54,077 nt of DNA from an uncultured virus (IMG/VR IMGVR_UViG_3300038465_000034) (taxonomy: Duplodnaviria > Heunggongvirae > Uroviricota > Caudoviricetes), in the IMG/VR virus record IMGVR_UViG_3300038465_000034. One strand, 5' to 3'. Under the pieces are notes generated by a model. That model was not told the DNA's origin. It did not search any database and saw only the letters and a list, made by a program, of their open reading frames with translations. The translations under genes were made by a program, and so were the position numbers. Shown here piece after piece: positions 47,105 to 54,077 of this stretch. The stretch's first letter is position 1. Every line of letters begins with the position of its first letter.

Positions 47105-49227
47105 GCTTCCTCCGGCTCAAAACCGCCGTTGCCCTTCAACTCCATGCCATTTTCAGTGAGGGTCTGGACGAGCCATTCTTTACCGACCTGCTTGATGCCG
47201 AGTTGAGTAGCCTTGCTCAGCTTCGTCTTGCCAGCCGAGTCACCGACGATCAACAGGTTGCACTTCGACGTGACGCCCGACTTCGACACCGCGCCGAGGC
47301 TCACCAGCTTGGCCGTGATGCTTTCGCGAGTTTCCGAGAACTCGCCAGTAATCACAAATGAAGTGTCCTTAAGCGGAGCACCTTCTACGATTTTTTGGGC
47401 TGTGTTCATTGGTCTGACTCCTGCGTCAAAAAGTTGTTGGCAAATCTCCTGATTGCGGACTTCTTTCGTCCATGTCAAAATCATGTCCCGCTTGACATCC
47501 CCGATGCCTTCGACTTGCATATCCGCCAGTCGAGCAAGAATATTAGGGAGTTCTCCCATGCAGTCTGATTCCAGTTTCAACTGTGCCGCAAGCACCTTGC
47601 CGAGCGTCCGACCGATCATCGGAATGCCGAGACACGCGATCCAGCGTTCCCACGGAGCGGTCTTCGCCTTCTCCATCGAGCGAATCATCTTCGGGAGCGT
47701 GGCGTCAAAGCCTTTCTTACGCATCTTGGCAATGAATGCCTCTTCGCCGAACTTTGTCAGCCCCGACATAGCTTCCGTGTGGAACTCAAACAACTCGCCG
47801 ATGTCGCGAGCGTAGCCCCCCGTGACGATCTTGGTCGCCATTTCAGGTCCGAGGTTGTCGATCTCCAGAACATCGCGGCTGCTAATGAACGAGAACAGGT
47901 CGCGCACACGACCAACGCATTCATAGTTCTGGCACCAGTGGGTGATAATGCCGCTGCGTTCCTCATCCAGCACTTCCAGCTTGGAAAAACATTCGGGGCA
48001 GACGGTCGGCGTGACGATCTTCGTATCACCCTCGTCGATCACCTTGACGATCTGCGGGATGACATCGCCAGAGCGAAGCATCTCAACCTTGGCTCCGAGC
48101 TTCAATCCCATTGCGTCGATCCACGTGATGTTGTTCAGGGTCGCACGGGTCACCATCGCACCAGCCAACGGCACAGGGTCGCACGTGGCGACGGGCGTGA
48201 GCTTGCCTTGACGCCCGACTTGCCATTCGATGCTGCGGAGATAGGTGGTGCCACTCGCCGACTGCGGCTTGAAGCACACCTGATAGTTGGCAACCTTGCT
48301 GCCATTACCCATCCGTGCCCGATCTTTATGGCTCTCGGCCTTGACCACCACACCATCCGCGATCACGTCGGATTCCTTGTTCGCAGCCAAAATGTGGTCC
48401 AACACCTTGATGACGTTATCCGCACCGTCGATTATGACTCCTTCGTACTTGGCGAAACCTACGCCTGTGAGCATCATCATTCGCGCATAGCCACTGTCGG
48501 GGAGTGTCGAATCATCGCTGCCGTAAACTTCCCACGGGATGAACAGGATTTCACGCTTGGCGACGACGGCGAGGTCTTTCTGTTTCATAGTGCCTGCGGT
48601 CAGGTTGCGGGTGCTGGCGTACTCTTTCTCACCCTTGGCACGAGCAGCCTTGTTGATGCGCTCCAGTTCGGACTTCCGCATCACCAGTTCACCGCGAACA
48701 TTGGTGTCGGCGGGGAAAGCCGAATGCCGCACGTAGACGCCCGGGCTGTTTTCCATCAGCAAGGTCTTGGGAATACTCATGAGCACCTTGACTTGTGCGG
48801 TCATGTCCTCGCCCTCGGTGCCGCTGCCACGAGACAATGCCTGTACCAGATGACCGTCACGGTAGCGAAGCTCGCAAGAAATGCCATCACGTTTTGGCTC
48901 AGCCAGCATGAGAGGCGATGGCAGGGTGAGGAAGAACTCGGTGATTTCTGGCTTGGTATATTTGTTCTCAATGCTGAGCATCGGACGGATGTGACGTACG
49001 CGACCTGAGGCGAGCGGAGCGTCCCCCGGCTTTTGGAGGGAGGTAGCGTGTTCGGCTAACCACGGGCTGGACTGCACGATGCCCTTGAGTCGAGCCTCCA
49101 AAGTGTCATACTCCGCGTCACTCAGGATGGGCTCGCCGCTGTAGTAGGTGGTTTGAGCCGCCAGCACTTGCTTATTGAGTGAGCGGATGAGGGCTATGGT
49201 TTGGGGATTATCAGCCGTTTGCGTCAT
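47101..49227 (-). CDS. ligA: NAD-dependent DNA ligase
   Basis: YY...P.LSDAEYD, EPKRDGIS, VRGE, RN..AG, DGVVVK, WQVGRQG.LTPVA, RSGDVIP, Zn finger, HhH, BRCT. Confidence 0.95.
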   Translation of the reverse strand: MTQTADNPQTIALIRSLNKQVLAAQTTYYSGEPILSDAEYDTLEARLKGIVQSSPWLAEHATSLQKPGDAPLASGRVRHIRPMLSIENKYTKPEITEFFLTLPSPLMLAEPKRDGISCELRYRDGHLVQALSRGSGTEGEDMTAQVKVLMSIPKTLLMENSPGVYVRHSAFPADTNVRGELVMRKSELERINKAARAKGEKEYASTRNLTAGTMKQKDLAVVAKREILFIPWEVYGSDDSTLPDSGYARMMMLTGVGFAKYEGVIIDGADNVIKVLDHILAANKESDVIADGVVVKAESHKDRARMGNGSKVANYQVCFKPQSASGTTYLRSIEWQVGRQGKLTPVATCDPVPLAGAMVTRATLNNITWIDAMGLKLGAKVEMLRSGDVIPQIVKVIDEGDTKIVTPTVCPECFSKLEVLDEERSGIITHWCQNYECVGRVRDLFSFISSRDVLEIDNLGPEMATKIVTGGYARDIGELFEFHTEAMSGLTKFGEEAFIAKMRKKGFDATLPKMIRSMEKAKTAPWERWIACLGIPMIGRTLGKVLAAQLKLESDCMGELPNILARLADMQVEGIGDVKRDMILTWTKEVRNQEICQQLFDAGVRPMNTAQKIVEGAPLKDTSFVITGEFSETRESITAKLVSLGAVSKSGVTSKCNLLIVGDSAGKTKLSKATQLGIKQVGKEWLVQTLTENGMELKGNGGFEPEEA

Positions 49228-49913
49228 GTCGCTATTATACCAGATTTTCTGGGACTCTGGCTAGGTTTTTGTAGGGAAGTTTCAGTTTGGAATTTAGGCT
49301 ATTCTGTCGAATTTCCCTGAACTTGATGCCCCGCCACTTTCGCATCAGGCGGCTGATTTCCCCATGGTTGAACCTAAAGCGTTTCCATTCGGGTGATCGC
49401 CATTCGCCGCGTTCCGTGTTTGCCGGCTCTTCGCAGTCAGGGGGTTTACGAGCTATGACTTGGGCCTTTGCTCGATCATAGGCCATGACCACGGCCCCGC
49501 GATAGAGCCGCTGGGCGTTTTTCAGGTCACCTTCGTGGAGGGCAATGATACGAATCTTGAGATTCGAGCAGAATTGATCGAACCCCTCGACTTCAGGATA
49601 TCGCTCTTCCCGCAAGTTCCCGTACTCAGTGTCCGTAGTTAAATCCGACGATCCAAAGCTTGCCATTCTCGTCCTCGATGATCTCTTCTCGGCTGCCGCA
49701 GCACTGTTTGTCGTGTCTCGCTTGGAAGTCCGCGAGGGCCTTGGGGTCGGTCAACGCCGCCATGCGGAAATTGTCGGCATACTCGTATCTCTGATTCCCA
49801 TCCAAATCGGTGGAGCAGGCGCACATGAAAAAGTCCTGCACCGATTTGGGCAAGGTCTGCATCCACGGGCACTTCTTGAGGAACTCTGCTTGCTCGTCGA
49901 TCACTGGTTCCAT

Positions 49914-50348
49914 TTAGTTGAAGCCTCCATTCGGATCGCCAGTGTAGCCGTAATCGGGGTCGGGACGGGCGAACTCTTTCCCGTGCCGTTTCATGAGTTC
50001 TTTCTGTTCGGGAAAGAGAAACTGTGTCCAGTTGCCGCCACGGTCATGCTGAGCGATCTCGATGAACTTGCATTTCGCATCGCCGCCGCTCATGCTGTCG
50101 TACACGCGGGTGACCATTGCGAGACCACCTACAACATCATCCTCGCCGTGATCGATGCTCATCATGGTGCGGACATAAACCCACTCACCAACCTTCGGCA
50201 CCCAATACTTGCCTCGCTTGATCTTCCGTTTTAGGTCGGCGAAAGCTTCGGTGGAGATTTTGTTCTCCGAGGCACGAGAGCCATCTTCATAATCGAACGG
50301 TTGCCCTGTACGCTGGCACACGTAACGTTTCGCGGTAGCAGTTTTCAT
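49914..50348 (-). CDS. hypothetical protein, leaderless
   Basis: TAGAAT-6 nt-ATG. Confidence 0.55.
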   Translation of the reverse strand: MKTATAKRYVCQRTGQPFDYEDGSRASENKISTEAFADLKRKIKRGKYWVPKVGEWVYVRTMMSIDHGEDDVVGGLAMVTRVYDSMSGGDAKCKFIEIAQHDRGGNWTQFLFPEQKELMKRHGKEFARPDPDYGYTGDPNGGFN

Positions 50349-50387
50349 TGTCCTATTCTACCAAGAATGATGGGAAAATGGTTAGAT

Positions 50388-51098
50388 TTATTTGCTTTGT
50401 AATGAGGCGGTTGGGACGGGGCGTGCTTTTACCTCAAACGGAGGGGCGAAAAGTTGCTGGCTGACGGCTTTGGCGGTCAGATTTGGAAGTCGGACGGCTT
50501 TGCTGGCATCGGAGCCGAACTTAAAGCTGGCGACCTTTAGACCGTCCCATTCGATCCCAGTGACGTACATGGTAGCCGTCTTGGACGCTTCTTTGCGGCT
50601 TGTGGCGGCTAGGGCGATCACGTACTGGGCGGAAGCACCCTTGGAGTTCCCGTTGTTGAGCCTCGTCGTGATAGAGTCGCTTTCCCCGTAGTCAGGACGC
50701 CTGCGGAGCCCTGTAGCAGCCCCCGAGTCGTCATGGAGGGGTTGACGCTCATCTACGGGCTGAGCCTCTACAGCGGCTTCCTTGACGATTTTCTCGACGT
50801 ATACGCCGCCGTGTTTGGGGATTGTATAGGGGCATTCCTGTGCCCACAACTCGGGGTGTTCTTCCAAGTTAGGGACATCGCTCCAAAACTCATGACCTTC
50901 GGGAGCCTCGGGAGCGATACCCATGATACGGTAGTTGGCGTCATGGGGTCTTCCAAACGCCCCAACCCTACGCTCAAGCAGCGGGTTGCCTTCGACCTCA
51001 TTGTGGTGATTACCCGGGGCGGACTTGACGGTGGGCGTCATAGCCTTTTTGGGGACAAAGTAGTAGCCGTCGTCGGTCGCTGTGAAAATCCGTTCCAT
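50388..51098 (-). CDS. hypothetical protein
   Basis: 236-aa codirectional ORF. Confidence 0.6.
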   Translation of the reverse strand: MERIFTATDDGYYFVPKKAMTPTVKSAPGNHHNEVEGNPLLERRVGAFGRPHDANYRIMGIAPEAPEGHEFWSDVPNLEEHPELWAQECPYTIPKHGGVYVEKIVKEAAVEAQPVDERQPLHDDSGAATGLRRRPDYGESDSITTRLNNGNSKGASAQYVIALAATSRKEASKTATMYVTGIEWDGLKVASFKFGSDASKAVRLPNLTAKAVSQQLFAPPFEVKARPVPTASLQSK

Positions 51099-51124
51099 GG
51101 AGGTCTCTATAATAGAGCCTCGAA

Positions 51125-51517
51125 TTAGGAATTCGCAAGCTCGCGGACGGCTGTACGGTATTCGTCCACATTCACATCGACGGGGTAGAACTGCCCGTCC
51201 TCTGCCTCTTCATTGAGGAAGATTTTGGCTTGTTCCTTGATAAAATCAGCCTTGTACTGGTCAATGCGCTTGCGGATTTCCCGCACATCCTCACAGATTT
51301 TGAAGAACACGGTTTCGTCATCACCTGACGTGCCGTCATCTGGGAATGTCAACCAACCCATCGCCATCAGGGAACCCCACATGTGGTCGGTCATGATCTC
51401 GGCGGGGTAATCACCGAGGTTCTCCCGACGAATGCGGACCATTTCGTTCCACAGATCACGGAAGCGGAATGCTTTGCCGTCCAAATGAGCGAACGCGGTT
51501 TTAAAATTGAACCCCAT
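51125..51517 (-). CDS. hypothetical protein
   Basis: Coupled (TAATG) to the upstream gene. Confidence 0.55.
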   Translation of the reverse strand: MGFNFKTAFAHLDGKAFRFRDLWNEMVRIRRENLGDYPAEIMTDHMWGSLMAMGWLTFPDDGTSGDDETVFFKICEDVREIRKRIDQYKADFIKEQAKIFLNEEAEDGQFYPVDVNVDEYRTAVRELANS

Positions 51518-52092
51518 TAAGCGATGTCCTCGTCTTCAACGAATGGCTTTGGCTTGCCGCCTAAGCCCGCTGTTTCGGCCCGAAGCTGGTAGTTCCCGAG
51601 CCCGAGATCGGGGGTTTTCGGAAGCACGCCCTTGAATGTCAGCCACTCGATTTCCCGTGGGGATAGCGGAGATGGCGACTCATCACCCGGCTTCCAATTG
51701 CCGCGATGGTTCGGGAGTTTGTTGAGTTCCTTGGGGCGGCTGCCGAGGATGACCCAGATTGAAGTCTGGAGGTAGTTCAGGAGGTTCCAGATCGCCTGAG
51801 AGATGTGCGGCTCGCTACGGTCGCCTGCGATATGGGCGGTGATATGGTTCAGCGCACTGTGAAGGAAGTCGATGAGGGGCATCCCGTTTTCCCAATTACG
51901 GTCGTTGCCATCCCCCGTCTTGCTGCGGCCTTTATTGCCTAGCTCGTAGATGTTGGAGACACAGAATACGGCATCCCAAGGCATCCAGTGGAAGGCACCT
52001 TTACCCGAACGACTATCACGTTGGGCTCCTGTGCTGTATTGGGTTTCTGCGGCGGCGGTCTTCTTGAAGTTTACGTCTTGCGGTGCGCTCAT
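51517..52092 (-). CDS. dATP/dGTP diphosphohydrolase domain protein (DUF5664-like)
   Basis: YSTGAQRD...GKG.F...P......V......G.......RNWE.G......SAL.H.......D..E.H...A.WN. Confidence 0.78.
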   Translation of the reverse strand: MSAPQDVNFKKTAAAETQYSTGAQRDSRSGKGAFHWMPWDAVFCVSNIYELGNKGRSKTGDGNDRNWENGMPLIDFLHSALNHITAHIAGDRSEPHISQAIWNLLNYLQTSIWVILGSRPKELNKLPNHRGNWKPGDESPSPLSPREIEWLTFKGVLPKTPDLGLGNYQLRAETAGLGGKPKPFVEDEDIA

Positions 52093-52298
52093 ACAACTTA
52101 ATACTAGATTTCGAGAAAGCCTACGTAGGAATTTCAACGCCCGACGCATGGCTAAGAACTAACCGAAGGACATCGCGAACAACTAGGCGAGCCTGCTGGC
52201 GTTCATGTTCGACCATGGCGTCAACAGCGTCGGACGGCTGGGCTGGGGGTGGGAAATACTTGACGATAACCTTTTCGATTTCTTCTGGGGTAAAAATG

Positions 52299-52682
52299 TT
52301 AGTCGGCATCGATTAACTCCTGTGCTTTCGCTACGAATTCTTTTGGGTCCCAATAGCCGTTGAAGACACCGACCAGTTCGGCAGTCGGCTCCGTACCGTA
52401 GGGTCGATCAACTTTGAACCCGAGGGCGTCAACTTTCTTTTCTTCCCAATCACGTGCGGTCGGCACCCAGCCGCAATCTTTCAGGATGTGGATAATCGCC
52501 GCCTTGCGGCCTAGCTCACCCCACAGGTTGCCCGCCTCATCCACACCCCGCCAGTGATGGCGAGAGAAGCGATGCAACGGCCCAAACTGGCGGAACTTTT
52601 CATCCAGCCAAGAGTTTACTCTCTCGCAGCGGTTACCAAGAATCCGCTCGCAATCCCGACAATGTTCTTCGAAAGCCGCCAT
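52299..52682 (-). CDS. His-rich DUF6915-like protein
   Basis: H......G......W.D......HR..RHH..G...HI..DCG.VP...DW. Confidence 0.55.
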   Translation of the reverse strand: MAAFEEHCRDCERILGNRCERVNSWLDEKFRQFGPLHRFSRHHWRGVDEAGNLWGELGRKAAIIHILKDCGWVPTARDWEEKKVDALGFKVDRPYGTEPTAELVGVFNGYWDPKEFVAKAQELIDAD

Positions 52683-53020
52683 AGTGAATACCTTGGGGAG
52701 AAGCGTTGAACTCCTCCCCTACCGTCAGTGGAACGGCGGTGAAATTATGCCGTCTTCGGGCAATCCTCGATGTTATGTTCTTTAGAACCACAATAAATGC
52801 AACGTCGTCTCATCAAATTGCCTTGCCCTTCCCAAGTCTTAGGGCAGAACTCGGTTTCATGCTGATGGCTGCCGCAATACGCACAGTAAAGTTTCCTTAC
52901 CAAAGCCTACGACTCCAGTTTATGGCCCCATCAATGTACGGTGGAGCAACGGCAATCCAAATCGCGGGTAAACACGCAATGACCACCACAAGCATCAGAA
53001 TCAGGAAATTAAGCATACCG

Positions 53021-53272
53021 TCATATCCTTGGGTCTTCCAATTTGTAAAGAGATTCGAGGAAGTCTATCTCGTCTCCAACAATCGGTGTAGGTAGCTTCT
53101 CCCACAACAATAGGCATTCTTTAGCGAGCCCGCGATTGTCCCCACCCTTTCTCGAAACCCTCTCCACCCATTCTCTCACTTCGGCGGTGAGAGGCATAGA
53201 GCCAATGAGCAGGGTGGCAAGATTCTTCCTTTGCACAGCGAAAGCATTTTCGATTCTGGCTATTTCATCCAT
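53021..53272 (-). CDS. hypothetical protein
   Basis: ORF after a TATTAA motif. Confidence 0.5.
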   Translation of the reverse strand: MDEIARIENAFAVQRKNLATLLIGSMPLTAEVREWVERVSRKGGDNRGLAKECLLLWEKLPTPIVGDEIDFLESLYKLEDPRI

Positions 53273-53374
53273 GCTGTCTATCTTAATATATCACACCTAC
53301 CGTTTGTCCGTCCATTGAGTGTTGCTCCATGTGTAGGGCGATGCGTTGTATGCTCATCGTAACGACGGGGAAAA

Positions 53375-53737
53375 TTAAGCACTGTGAGCCTCCGAAAGTT
53401 CAAGAGTCGTCACCTTCGGTGCTTCCCCAGCAACTTGGATGGGTTCGAACACGGGCGGTAACGGGTCAAACGTGTCCACGTTGTCTTCGACGAACTTACG
53501 GACATCCGATGCTTTGAGGCCGAACTCGGAAGGCTCCGTTTCCTTGAGTTGGTTGTAATGAATTTCGGGGTCGAGGTACTCTTCGCGGAAGAACCTCTCC
53601 CGCACGCCCTTGACATCCCAATTCGGGTACGTCAGGGTTTCACAACTCGGGAGACGGAACTCGGTCTCCAGTTCCCCTATGCGGTACTTGAAGGTCTTCC
53701 CAAACGCCGATAGCTGCTTAAGAGTGCCCTTGCTCAT
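53375..53737 (-). CDS. hypothetical protein
   Basis: SD GGGGG; GC3-biased. Confidence 0.55.
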   Translation of the reverse strand: MSKGTLKQLSAFGKTFKYRIGELETEFRLPSCETLTYPNWDVKGVRERFFREEYLDPEIHYNQLKETEPSEFGLKASDVRKFVEDNVDTFDPLPPVFEPIQVAGEAPKVTTLELSEAHSA

Positions 53738-54077
53738 TTCTTCCCCCTAAGTTTGGCGTAATCCGCCATGACTTGCTCTACAGGAACCTGCACGGGGAAA
53801 GCCCCGCGTCGAAACGTGACGAAACTTGGATAGGCCGCTTGTTCTTCCAGCCATTTCTTCGCCTGTTCAATCTCTTTCTTAGTGGCGAGTTTCACGCACC
53901 TAACTCCTTTAACAGTCCGTCAAGGTACGTTTCACGGGTCGTTCGTTTCTTATCGAATTCATCCATGGAACGTCGTATGCATTTATCGCATAGTCTCTTA
54001 ACTCTTTCACCATGCTCAATGCAACAACCATTGCGCCACAGCAAATACCTGACCCAAAGTTTTCTCACGCCAAGGTC

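Noticed and set aside
47779..49008. Long + strand ORFs (409 aa here; also 6918-7556, 8375-9130, 10716-11492, 14097-14990, 46367-47206)
   Set aside because: Antisense shadows of GC3-biased minus-strand genes (ligA, ku, rIIB, rIIA and others); no recognisable motifs

Overview
This 54-kb window looks like part of a large (jumbo-type) bacteriophage genome. It has dense, mostly minus-strand small ORFs and no structural genes. Several secreted proteins resemble Acidobacteriota (Terriglobia) proteins as I recall them, which suggests the host. Recognisable genes: a small ATP-dependent DNA ligase, Ku, rIIA/rIIB, a Pth2-like peptidyl-tRNA hydrolase, an ADP-ribosylglycohydrolase, a probable ADP-ribosyltransferase, methionine aminopeptidase, a Pol-beta-type nucleotidyltransferase, an RNA-ligase-like enzyme, NAD-dependent LigA, a dATP/dGTP diphosphohydrolase-like protein, and several HNH/PD-(D/E)XK nucleases. 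There are two tRNA operons: + strand 22.5-28.6 kb (Trp, His, Arg, Gln, Asn, Lys, plus several aberrant tRNA-like RNAs) and - strand 41.6-43.0 kb (four Ser isoacceptors, Leu-UAA, Ile-UAU). The most striking feature is that each operon is preceded by a near-identical promoter, a short leader-peptide ORF missed by the ORF track, and mutually exclusive antiterminator/terminator hairpins. The leader codons match the tRNAs downstream: MIAISISSLSSSSSRG... before Ser/Leu/Ile, and ...HKMVKRPVRYQRNNRW... before Lys/Arg/Gln/Asn/Trp/His. This suggests a phage-encoded, codon-matched, ribosome-sensing attenuation system that supplies tRNAs when the corresponding host tRNAs are depleted or cleaved. All product calls come from motif recognition by eye; no searches were run.
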